Shown here in pieces: positions 20,996 to 31,032 of a stretch of 64,000 nt of DNA; the first letter of the stretch is position 1, and the number at the start of each line of letters is the position of its first letter. The position numbers and the translations under genes are program-made. The stretch is taken from NCBI GenBank assembly GCA_963842945.1, contig CAWJIM010000019.1, positions 64,001-128,000 of the forward strand, written 5' to 3'. Below the pieces are notes generated by a model. That model did not search any database, was not told the DNA's origin, and was given only the letters and a program-made list of their open reading frames with translations. This stretch comes from an uncultured Gemmatimonadales bacterium. GTDB taxonomy: Bacteria; Gemmatimonadota; Gemmatimonadetes; Gemmatimonadales; GWC2-71-9.

Positions 20996-23900
20996 ATGAT
21001 CAAGGCTCTGTACTTCCTGTTCGTCCTGTCCGGTGCGGCCGGTCTGATCTACGAATCGATCTGGACTCGCTACCTCGGCCTGTTCGTGGGACACAGTGCC
21101 TACGCCCAAATCATCGTGCTGGTGATCTTCCTCGGCGGCATGTCGCTGGGCGCCTACCTGATCAGCCGCTGGTCCGAGCGGCTCAGGGAGCCCCTGTACG
21201 GCTACGTTGCGGTCGAGTTCGCCGTCGGTCTCATCGGGCTCTTCTTTCACGACATCTTCCGGTCTGTCACCGGTCTCGGCTTACCAGTCGGTCTATCCCT
21301 GCGCTCGCCGGATCCTGGATGTTGACCGTCGCCAAGTGGAGCATCGCCGGTCTGCTGATTCTGCCCCAGTCGGTGCTGCTGGGGATGACCTTTCCCCTGA
21401 TGTCTGCCGGCGTGCTGCGACTGCGCAGCCGCAAGCCGGGCCGGACGCTCTCACTGCTGTATTGCTCGAACAGCCTGGGAGCGGCGGTGGGCGTTCTGGT
21501 GGCGGGGTTCTATCTGGTGCGGCTGTCGGGATTGCCGGGAACACTGCTGTCCGCGGCCATGCTCAATCTGCTGGTCGCGGCTGCTACGATCGGTATCATC
21601 GTGGCGGCTCGCCGGGCCGGGGCGGGAGCGGAGTCGTCCTCCACTGGAGCAACGATGTCGGGCGGTCTGCAAGGTACCGGGCAAACCAGCGCGCTCCAGC
21701 GCCTGCTGCTGTTCACCGCGCTCGGTACTGCGGTGGCCTCCTTTCTTTATGAGATCGCGTGGATCCGAATGCTCGCCCTGGTGCTCGGCAGCGCCACCCA
21801 CTCCTTCGAGCTGATGCTCTCCGCCTTCATTCTGGGGCTTGCGCTGGGGGCCTGGTGGATTCGGACCCGAGCCGACCGCGGGATCGATCCATTTCGGACT
21901 CTCGGCATCGTACAATGGACCATGGGACTGCTGGCGCTCGCCACCCTGCCGCTCTACCTGGCATCGTTCGGCTGGATCGCTTCACTCCTTTCGACCTTTG
22001 CCCGCAACGATTCCGGCTATATCGGCTTCACCCTGGCGAAGTACGGCTTGTGCCTGGTCATCATGATTCCGGCCACCTTCTGCGCCGGCATGACCCTGCC
22101 GCTGATCACCCGGGCCTTGCTGAAGAGTGGGTCGGGAGAGAAGGCGATTGGCTGGGTATACGCCTCCAACACCCTGGGCTCGATCCTGGGCGCGACGGTG
22201 GGCGGCCTGGTGCTGCTGCCGCTCATCGGGCTCAAGCCGATGCTGATGACCGCCGCCGCGATCGATATCGGCATCGGGATTCTGTTGCTCTCGAAGACCA
22301 GGCTGGCCGGGTTTGCGCCCCGCCGAGTGGCCTTCGCGGCGAGCTGCTGCCGCCCTGGTACTGCTGGGGATTGTTGGCGGAGCCGTTCGCCTGGACCGGG
22401 CCCTGCTGTCCAGCGGAGTCTATCGGACCGGCGACGTCGGTGCTGCAGATGGCCGGGAGATTCTGTTCTACCGCGACGGGAGAACGGCCACCGTCACCGC
22501 CACGTACACCAGGCCGCAGGGCTGGCTTTCGCTCTCCACCAACGGCAAGCCGGACGCGTCGCTCACCTCGGCCTGGCTCCGGGGCATCGGCGACTGTGGC
22601 GACTCGAAGGTCCCGTTCATCGCCGATGCCGGCACCCAAAGCCTGGTACCCCTGATCACGTTGGCGTATGCGCCGCAAGCCCGGAATGCTGCCGTGATTG
22701 GCCAGGGCTCCGGCATGTCATCCCACCTCATCCTGGGCAGCCCCACTCTCAGGGATCTGGTGACGATCGAGATCGAGCCTCAGATGATCGAGGGGTCGCG
22801 GGTCTTCCTTCCTTATAACCGTCGAAGCTTCGAGGATTCACGCTCTCGGATCGTGATCGATGACGCCAAGTCCTACTTCGCCTCGGAGCATCGCCAGTAC
22901 GACATCATTGTCTCGGAGCCGTCCAACCCCTGGGTCAGCGGGGTATCGGGCCTTTTCACCACCGAGTTCTACCAGCGGATCCGGGGATACCTGAGTCCGT
23001 CGGGGGTGTTCGGGCAGTGGCTGCACGTGTATGAGCTGGATGACGCTCTGGTGTTGAGCGTGCTGTCGGCTTTGCATCAGAACTTTGCCTCCTACGAGAT
23101 CTATCAGGTCTCCCATGGCGACCTGCTGATCGTGGCGAGCAACCGGCCCACTCTGCCGCAGCCGGATTGGTCGGTGTTCAATCTGCATCTGATCAAGCGG
23201 GACCTCTGCCACTTCGCCCCGCTGACTCCCGAGGTTCTCAACGGGCTGCGCATCGCCGGCCGGGATGAGCTGGGGCCGCTGCTCCAGTCCTACGGCGCCA
23301 ACTCGGACTACTATCCGGTCCTCGATCTCGGCGCCGAGCAGCGCCGGTTCCGGCGGGACTTCGCCACCGGTCTGCCCAGCCTGTCCGCCGAATGGTTCAA
23401 TGTTCTGGCGTCACTCAAGGGGGGCCGCACGCCGCCGGGAAGCGAGCCGATGCCGGCCTTGCCCGAGAACCCGCGGGTTCGGGCCCGGTCGCTCGGCGCG
23501 CTCCTCCGCTCGCCCACCATTCTCCAGCCGAACGACACCGCGATGGGGCCGCTCAGCCGGGACGCGGTGTATCGCTGGCGGCTGTGGCAGGCCACGCTGT
23601 CGTCCAATCAGCCCCCCGGCAACTGGGAGCTCTGGCTGGATCAGGCCAACACCATCGATCGGCTGAGAAACGGTGGGACGGCGGGTGTCGCGGACGAGGA
23701 GTTCTACGCCAACCTCAAGCGTTATATGGATCGGTTCAACGCGCCACAGGTGGCACGAGACGTGGTGACCTTCCGGCATGCCGTGGCGTCATGGCGCTTT
23801 GCGGAAGCGGCCGAGGCGGGGGAACGGCTGCTGCCGGTGGTCACGTCTCAGCGGCGCTGGATCGGGGCGGACGAATTCCGGGACGGCCTGGTGCTGGCCA

Positions 23901-24052
23901 AGCTGCACTTGAGAGACGCCACCGGGGCTCAGCGCAGGTTCTATCAGCTCGCCCCGCTGAGTACCCGCAGCCCGGCCGATCTTCGGTCTCAGCTGCTCGA
24001 GGCCTACGTCACCACCGCCGCCCAGTCTCAGCCCAACGTGGCGCAGCGGTAG
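20996..24052 (+). CDS. Fused multi-TM / spermidine-synthase-like (class I SAM fold) membrane protein (two frameshifts)
   Basis: MIKALYFLFVLSGAAGLIYESIW, two TM repeats (GMTFPL / GMTLPL, LYCSNSLGA / YASNTLGS), then TNGKPDAS, VIGQGSG, EIEP, DDAKSY, YDIIVSEPSNPW, LFTTEFY. Confidence 0.85.
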
Positions 24053-24071
24053 TACGTGGGGTGACCTACCG

Positions 24072-25451
24072 CTAGACCTTCACCTCGACCTGCTCCTCGT
24101 AGCGGCTGAGCTTGCGGTAGAGAGTCGAGGGATCGATGCCGAGCACTTCGGCGGCGCGGGTCTTGTTTCCGCCTTCGGCCTGCAGCACCCACATGATGTA
24201 GGCCCGCTCGATCACCTCGAGTGTCGGATTTCGGTAGGACCGCTCGGCCACCAGCGGCTCCTTCCGCCGTTTGGTGATCCGCTCCGGCAGCGAGGCCGCC
24301 TCGATCAGGCTGCCCCGGGTCAACACCTGGGCATGCTCCAGCGCGTTTTCCAGCTCGCGCACATTCCCCGGCCATTCGTAAACCATTACCGCATCCAGAG
24401 CCTCCGCGGCCAGAGCCTTTGGCTCCGTCCCGGTCTCAGCGGCCAGGTTCTGCAGCAGCGCTTCGATCAGCAGCAGCAGATCGTCCCGTCGGTCCCGGAG
24501 CGGCGGCAAGTTGATGGCGATGACGTTGAGCCGGTAGAACAGATCGGACCGGAAGTTGCCGCGGCGGATTTCTTCTTCCAGCTCCCGGTTCGTGGCCGCA
24601 ATGATGCGGACGTCCACCGGGATCGGCTCGGTGGCTCCGACCGGAATGGCTTCACGCTCCTGCAAGACCCGAAGGAGCTTCACCTGCAGTGACGCCGGCA
24701 TCTCGCCGACCTCATCCAGGAAGAAGCTTCCTCCCCGGGCGGCTGCAAAGAGGCCCTGCTTGTCTCGTACGGCGCCGGTGAACGACCCCTTCACGTGGCC
24801 GAACAGCTCGCTCTCCAGCAGGTTCTCCGGAAGCGCGCCGCAGTTGATCGACAGAAAAGGGCCGTCGCTCCGGCTGGACAGGTTGTGGATGTATCGGGCG
24901 ATGACCTCCTTACCGGTTCCGCTCTCCCCCTGGATCAGCACCGTCGAGTCGGTCGGCGCCACGTGCTCGGCCAGCTTCAGCACATCGAGGAAGCGCTTGG
25001 ATTTCCCGATCGGCCGGGTGATCGTCGTCTTGTCCCGCCGGCGGATCTCCTGCTTGAGCTGGGTGTTCTCGACCTTTACCGCGCGGTACTCGCACGCCCG
25101 CCGGAGGATGGCCACCAGCTCATCGTTGGAGAACGGCTTCTGGATGTAGTAGAAGGCCCCGGAGTTGACGGCGCTGATGGCGCTTTGCAATGAGGCCTGG
25201 GCAGTCATCAGGATGACCGGGGTCATGGCGTCCTGCTCCCGAGCCGCCTGCAGAATGTCGAGACCCGATACCTGGGGCATTCGCACATCGGAGAGGATGA
25301 TGTCATGCGTTCCCGACCGGATCTGCTCCAGTCCGGCCCTTCCTCCCTGGGCGGTAGTCACCTCGAATCCTTCATTTCGGAGCAGGATTCTGAGGGTATC
25401 GAGGATCCCCGACTCGTCGTCGACTACCAGCACTGACGGCTTCTGGCTCAT
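24072..25451 (-). CDS. pilR: Sigma-54 response regulator, PilR-like
   Basis: MSQKPSVLVVDDE receiver, GESGTGKE, GSFTGA variant (as in PilR), WPGNVREL, HTH; ATGA-coupled to a PilS-like kinase next to pilA. Confidence 0.8.
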   Translation of the reverse strand: MSQKPSVLVVDDESGILDTLRILLRNEGFEVTTAQGGRAGLEQIRSGTHDIILSDVRMPQVSGLDILQAAREQDAMTPVILMTAQASLQSAISAVNSGAFYYIQKPFSNDELVAILRRACEYRAVKVENTQLKQEIRRRDKTTITRPIGKSKRFLDVLKLAEHVAPTDSTVLIQGESGTGKEVIARYIHNLSSRSDGPFLSINCGALPENLLESELFGHVKGSFTGAVRDKQGLFAAARGGSFFLDEVGEMPASLQVKLLRVLQEREAIPVGATEPIPVDVRIIAATNRELEEEIRRGNFRSDLFYRLNVIAINLPPLRDRRDDLLLLIEALLQNLAAETGTEPKALAAEALDAVMVYEWPGNVRELENALEHAQVLTRGSLIEAASLPERITKRRKEPLVAERSYRNPTLEVIERAYIMWVLQAEGGNKTRAAEVLGIDPSTLYRKLSRYEEQVEVKV

Positions 25452-27157
25452 GCAGCATCCTCCGCCACCATCTTGGCGGGCAAGAAAATGGTGAAAGTGG
25501 TACCGGACCCAGGTCCGGATTCGACCAGTACCAGGCCCCGGTGGGCCTCCACCGCGCGCTGAACGATGGCGAGTCCCAGCCCGCTCCCGCCCGACCGGCC
25601 GGAGACGAAGGGCTGGAATAGCCGCTCGCGGACCTCTTCGGGAATCCCCGGCCCGTTGTCCCGCACCTGAAGCCGAATGGCGTGCTCGAGATCCGTCCCG
25701 TGGGGAATCTCGGAGGACTGGGCGGCGCCGACGGTGATGGTGATCCGAATAGGACCCCGGGCGGCCTGCACCGCGTTGAGGACCAGATTCGCAACCACGC
25801 GGTGCAGCAGATCCTCGTCGCCCTCCAGCGGGGTATGCCCGCCTTCGACGGCAATCACCGCATCCGGACGGCAATCCGGGTGCGCCCGAATCAGACGCAC
25901 CACGGCGACAACCACGGAATGGAGATCCACCGGGGCAAAGTGAGTTGCTCGCACCCGGGCAAAGTCGAGGAACTCGCTGAGCAGGCGGCTCAGCCGGTCA
26001 CTCTCCCTTACGATCAGGCCGGAGAGGAACCGCTCATCGTCGTCCGCGTGTTTCGAGCGGGCCAGTTGCTCGACCGAGCTTCTGATGGAGGCCAGTGGAT
26101 TGCGGATCTCGTGCGCCAGCGACGCGCTCAGCTCGGCCACCGCCTCCAGCCGCTCCGCTCGCATGTGCAGCTCCTGCACCTCCTTCAAATCGGAGATGTC
26201 GGTAAAGATGGCCGTGACCGAGGGGGCCTCCTGCGCTTCCTGGCGGAAAGTCGTGGTGCTCAGGCCGATCGGAAACATTCGGCCGGCGCCCTGGACCACC
26301 ATGCCCTCGCCCCGGCTGATCTTTCGTCCGTTACGAATTCCCGCCACGGCCGCGGCCCAGAGCTCCGAGGAGCGGCTCTTCAGCTGATCCAGCACCGGTA
26401 AGCCGATCAGGGCCTCGCCATCGAGATCGAGCAGGCGCTCTGCGGTTGGGTTGATGAAAGCCAGGCGGCCAAACCCGTCTACGGTAAGCACACCGGACCG
26501 GATATTTCGCAGGATATCATCGGCCTCGAGGCGTACCCGCTGCAGCTCGGTGGCGAGAGTCGCCTGCTCCATTCCTGCTTCGCGCAGGCGGTGTCCCAGC
26601 ACCGCCACGATCGCGAACACGCAGATTGAACACGCCGATCTGCGCCCACGACCCGGTGTCCAGTGAGGCGCCGTGGGTCCAGATGGTGTCTCCCAGAAAC
26701 AGCACCGAGACCAGAACGGCAGTGACCGCGACCCAGCCTGGCGGCAGCAACAGCGAATAGGCGGCGACCACCAGCACGTACAGCGCGGGCGCCCAGGAAA
26801 GGCGGATTGAGGCTGCCCGGTAAAGTGGAGGATGGTGGTGACCAGACCCAGATCGACCAGGGCCTGGATGAAGAAAAAAGCGTTGGTCGGTTTCCGCCGG
26901 AGCAGAAATATCGTTCCCGCCCCATACAACGTGAACATCAGGGCAAACACCACCGAGACGCTCACGATGAACGATTCCTGCGGACGCTCGGTCCAGACCA
27001 GCCCGGCGCCGAGCAGGACGCCGGTGGCCAGTACCAGCCGGCCAGCGAACAGCCAGGTAAGCAGGGTGCGCTGATCGGGAAGCGTGTTCTTCCCGGGCCG
27101 GCGCCGGTCAGGCACCGTGGGGACCGCCGCCCGTCCAGACGGAGCGGAGATTGCCAT
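25448..27157 (-). CDS. pilS: PAS sensor histidine kinase, PilS-like (compensating indels near 26625-26790)
   Basis: N-terminal multi-TM (QALVDLGLVT), PAS (NIRSGVLTVD...INPTAE), AHEIRNPL, NLVLNA, DNGPG, GSGLGL. Confidence 0.8.
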   Translation of the reverse strand: MAISAPSGRAAVPTVPDRRRPGKNTLPDQRTLLTWLFAGRLVLATGVLLGAGLVWTERPQESFIVSVSVVFALMFTLYGAGTIFLLRRKPTNAFFFIQALVDLGLVTTILHFTGQPQSAFPGRPRCTCWWSPPIRCCCRQAGSRSLPFWSRCCFWETPSGPTAPHWTPGRGRRSACSICVFAIVAVLGHRLREAGMEQATLATELQRVRLEADDILRNIRSGVLTVDGFGRLAFINPTAERLLDLDGEALIGLPVLDQLKSRSSELWAAAVAGIRNGRKISRGEGMVVQGAGRMFPIGLSTTTFRQEAQEAPSVTAIFTDISDLKEVQELHMRAERLEAVAELSASLAHEIRNPLASIRSSVEQLARSKHADDDERFLSGLIVRESDRLSRLLSEFLDFARVRATHFAPVDLHSVVVAVVRLIRAHPDCRPDAVIAVEGGHTPLEGDEDLLHRVVANLVLNAVQAARGPIRITITVGAAQSSEIPHGTDLEHAIRLQVRDNGPGIPEEVRERLFQPFVSGRSGGSGLGLAIVQRAVEAHRGLVLVESGPGSGTTFTIFLPAKMVAEDAA

Positions 27158-27169
27158 CGAACCTCGGAG

Positions 27170-27251
27170 TAGCTGGGAGCTGGGAGCTCGGAGCTGAGAG
27201 CCCTGGGCTCTGAATAGAGGCTCCAAGCTCCAAGCTCCTAGCTCCTAGCTA
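27170..27251. repeat. Inverted tandem-repeat element with heptamer GGAGCT(N)
   Basis: tagctgggagctgggagctcggagctgagagcc pairs with ggctccaagctccaagctcctagctcctagcta: 33-bp arms, 28 identical positions, 16-nt loop. Confidence 0.9.
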
Positions 27252-27316
27252 TCGTGGGGGACAGCCGAAGATAGGGAGGGCGACCGGGAATCCGGTAGTG
27301 CCCTCTATAATTAGAA

Positions 27317-27598
27317 ATGATCTGGACGGTCTATCTTGCCCGCTGCGCCGACGGCAGTCTATACACCGGCATCACCACGGACCCGGTGCGTCGGCTGGCC
27401 GAGCACAACCGGGGGTGCGGCGCGGCCTACACCCGCTCCAGGTTGCCGGTTGTTCTGGTGTACCTGGAGCAGGCGGCGGACCGGGGGCAGGCGCTTCGGC
27501 GAGAGCACGCCATCAAGCGGATGAGCCGGGCGGAAAAAGAGGCGTTGCCACTACTGCGGCCTTCAGTCCCCGCCCGGGTAGGATCAGGCCGGGGCTGA
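27317..27598 (+). CDS. Small standalone GIY-YIG nuclease (UPF0213/YhbQ-like)
   Basis: WTVYLARCADGSLYTGITTDPVRRLAEHN...YTRSRLPV...ALRREHAIK; TATAAT 5 nt before the ATG. Confidence 0.9.
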   Translation: MIWTVYLARCADGSLYTGITTDPVRRLAEHNRGCGAAYTRSRLPVVLVYLEQAADRGQALRREHAIKRMSRAEKEALPLLRPSVPARVGSGRG

Positions 27599-28135
27599 AC
27601 CGCGCCGCTCGGTAGAGCCGCTGCCAGGAGCTCGAGGTGCGCCGCCGAGCCCGGCACCAGCCGGTAGCTCGGACAGGGAGCTGGGCGAGTCCAGGTGTGC
27701 TCCGTCATCCACTCCCACACCCAGACGATCCACCAGCTCCCCACCCAGCCAGGCCGTTCCCAGAGCGATGACTACGCCGGTCAGCCCGGCAACGATGGCC
27801 CCCGTGGGCGGCACCTCCGGATTTTCCCTCCGCAGTAGCCAGCTCAGGATGAACAGGCCGACCACCACCACATTGCCGATGCCATGCCAGAGGCCCACCC
27901 TGCGGGCGCGGGTTCCGGCCGGTATGGCGATCCAATCCAGCCAGCCGAAGACCGCCGCGGCCAGCCCTCCGATGATGCCGGCGCCAATCATGTAGTACGC
28001 GACGACGGTCCATTGCGAGTTGCTCGACATCAGAAAAATGATGTCGAAGATGACCGCCGTTGCCAGCAGCCCGAGCGGAAACACAATGAGCATCGGATGT
28101 ACCGGATGTCCGGCGAACTTGACCTTGCTTTCCAT
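27584..28135 (-). CDS. DUF2231-like membrane protein
   Basis: GHPVHPMLIVFPLG, four TMs, WHGIGN, WLGGELV. Confidence 0.8.
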   Translation of the reverse strand: MESKVKFAGHPVHPMLIVFPLGLLATAVIFDIIFLMSSNSQWTVVAYYMIGAGIIGGLAAAVFGWLDWIAIPAGTRARRVGLWHGIGNVVVVGLFILSWLLRRENPEVPPTGAIVAGLTGVVIALGTAWLGGELVDRLGVGVDDGAHLDSPSSLSELPAGAGLGGAPRAPGSGSTERRGSAPA

Positions 28136-28402
28136 ATATGTCTTCCTCAGCCCTGGGCTGTAGTCCCGTTCAGCTACCGAGTTGTTGCTGCACCGTCTGA
28201 AGACTGTGGTGATCGTCTATTTCAGCTGGGCGAACGCCTTGTCGGCCCGGACGTGCCCTGTAGGTCTGCCGGCATGGCGGCACTGTTGGCCGGGGTGACG
28301 CTTCCGCGCCCCGTTCACGGCAATCCGGCAAATGTCGGATTTGCCCGCCAAAAAATGCGGGACCTGGCGGCCAACGTGATGTGACGCATGACCTGCTGAT
28401 TT

Positions 28403-30968
28403 TTACGCCGGTTTGGTGTCGAGGACTTCGCGGACCTTGAGGATCAGGCTCTCTGCGGAAAACGGCTTCTGAAGAAGAGGAATTTGGAAATTGCCAATTC
28501 CAGGTTGCAGCTTATCGGACTCGGAGTAGCCGGACATATAGAGCAGCCGGAGTTCGGGTCTCTGGGCCTTGAGCTTCTCCGCCAGCGCCACGCCGCCCAT
28601 ATCGGGCATCACGACATCGGTCAGAACTAGATCGATGCTTTCTCCCAGCTCGCTCAGAAGGCTCAGCGCCTCTTCACCGTTGTGAGCTTGAACGACCGTA
28701 TAACCCTGATTGAGGAGCACCCGGGCCGCCACGCTGCGCACCGCGTCTTCGTCCTCCACCAACAGGATGTGCTCGGAGCCCCGACCCGGCCGGCTGGCTT
28801 CCACCGGGATCTGGGCAAGCTCGTCTTCCGCCTCGACCCGGGGGAGGCAGATCTGGAAGGTGGTGCCGCGCTCAGGCTCGCTGTCGACCCAGATGTAACC
28901 TCCGCTCTGCACCACGATTCCGTAGACCGTCGCCAGGCCGAGACCGGTGTTCTGGGTGGCCGGCTTGGTGGTGAAGAACGGCTCGAACAGCCTGGCCTTG
29001 ACCTCCGGGCTCATGCCGTGTCCGGTGTCGCTCACCAGCAGCATGACGTATGGTCCGGGCGGGATGTCGAGTCCGACGTAGCGATAGGCATAGCCCTCGG
29101 GCAGATCGACGTCCAAGGTCTCGATGGTCAGGCGGCCACCCCCGCGCATGGCGTCGCGCGCGTTCAGCGCCAGGTTCATGACCACCTGCTCCATCTGTCC
29201 GTAGTCAGCCTCCACGCCGCCCAAGCCCACCGATAGCCGGGTCACCAGCCGGATGTCCTCGCCCAGGAGCGGACGGAGCATCCGCTCCATTCCGTTCACC
29301 ACCTCATTCAGACTGAGCACGTGCCGGGCCACCAGCTGCTGTCTGCCAAAGCCAAGCAGCTGCCGGGTCAGGTGCATGGCACGCTCGGCAGCTTTGCGAA
29401 TCTCGTCGGCGTCGGCCCAGCGGGGGTCAGTCTGCTCCAGGTTGGTCAGCAGGAAATCGCTGAAGCCCATGATGATCATCATCATGTTATTGAAGTCATG
29501 GGCCACTCCCCCGGCCAGCCGGCCGACGGCCTCCATCTTCTGCGCCTGGCGAACCTGTTCCTCCGCCCGGCGGCGTTCGGTCAGGTCCTGGACGTTGACG
29601 GCATAGTAGATGACGCGCCCGTCGGCGTCTCTCACGGCGGTGGCGTCGATCAGCGCGGGAAACACCTGGCTGTTCCGCCGAACCCGTTCCGTCTCCCAGA
29701 TCTGATGGCCCCGCTCATCGAAGAGGGGATTCATGCGGGGGAACTCGTGCTGGGAGGCAGAGAGATCCGCCATCGGCTTGCCGCGAAGCTCCTCCACGCT
29801 CCAGCCGTGCATGGCGGCAAACGCCGGATTGACGCTTTCGATGATGCCATCGGCGCTGACAATGGCTACACCCCAGCCGGCATGCTCGAAGATCCGGGCC
29901 CAGCGCTGCAGCTCCCTTCCCACCTCGACTCGTTGGCTGACGTCCCGGCCCACCCCGACGATACCCGTTGACTTCGCCATAGGGGCCGTGCAGCGGTGAG
30001 AGCGTGGTTTGCATGTGCCGAACGCCGTGCGGTGACGCGGAGCATCCACTCGTAGGTTACGGTCTCACCCGCCAGGGCCCGAAGGTTGGCCGCCTCGTGC
30101 AGGTCGGCGTCCTCCTCACCCACGATTTGCCGGGTGGTCCGGCCCACCAGACTGGCTGGGTCGAGCCCCTCCCGCTCCAGAAACCGCCCGAAGACGTCAA
30201 CGCAGCGCTGCTCGCGGTCCAGCCGGAACACCACATCGTCGATCGACTCGACCAGCTGGCGGAATCGGTCTTCATTGGCGCGCAACGCATGCTCGGCCTG
30301 GGTACCGTCAGGAAGCTCCCGGGCATAGCACACCAGACCGTTATTGGTGGAGGCGATTCGAAGGGAGAACCACCGGTTGAGCGCGGGAAGAAACTCCTCC
30401 AGCTCGACCGCGGAGCCCTGGGCATGTGAGCGAAAGGCCTCGGCCTGGATCCGGCTGCCGGCCAGCCCCGGGAGCGCGTGCCAGATATTCTGCCCGATCA
30501 GCCGAACCCGCTGCACTCCGAGGCTCGACAGCACGGCGTCGGCCCGGGCGTTGACGTGGCTGACCCGCCACTCATGGTCGCACCCGAGGAACGCCTCGTC
30601 CATGCCGTCGAGGATCTGGGCCGTGTGCCCGGCTTGAGGATTCTCCCGGAGCAACACCGTGAGGCCGTCATCCGTGGGATAAGCCCGAACCTCGACTGAT
30701 CCCCTCGTGCCGATATCAGGAACCTCGTGGACCACCGCCGTCTGATCGGCATACGCGCGATGGAGCGCCCGGCCGAGCAGTGAGTCGGCCAATGCGGGCG
30801 GTCCCAGATGACGGTGCCAAGTAGATCGGTGGAGGGGGTACCGGAGAGACGGGAGAGCACCCGCTCGGCTTGCCGGTTCAGATATGCGAAGCGCCAGTCA
30901 GGGTCGAGGGCGAAAATGCCTTCGCCAATGCGCTCGAGCAGATCCAGCGGTTGGGAGACGTTAAGCAA
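28403..30968 (-). CDS. Cytoplasmic multi-PAS hybrid histidine kinase (about three frameshifts)
   Basis: Several PAS repeats, QAQKMEAVGRLAGGVAHDFNN, NLALNARDAM, GLGLATVYGIV, C-terminal receiver ILLVEDE...TDVVMP. Confidence 0.88.
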
Positions 30969-31032
30969 CCGATTAGACCTTGCATGTGAGAGGGGCGCTC
31001 AAAAGCTAGAGCATGCCGCCCCCGATGCAAGC

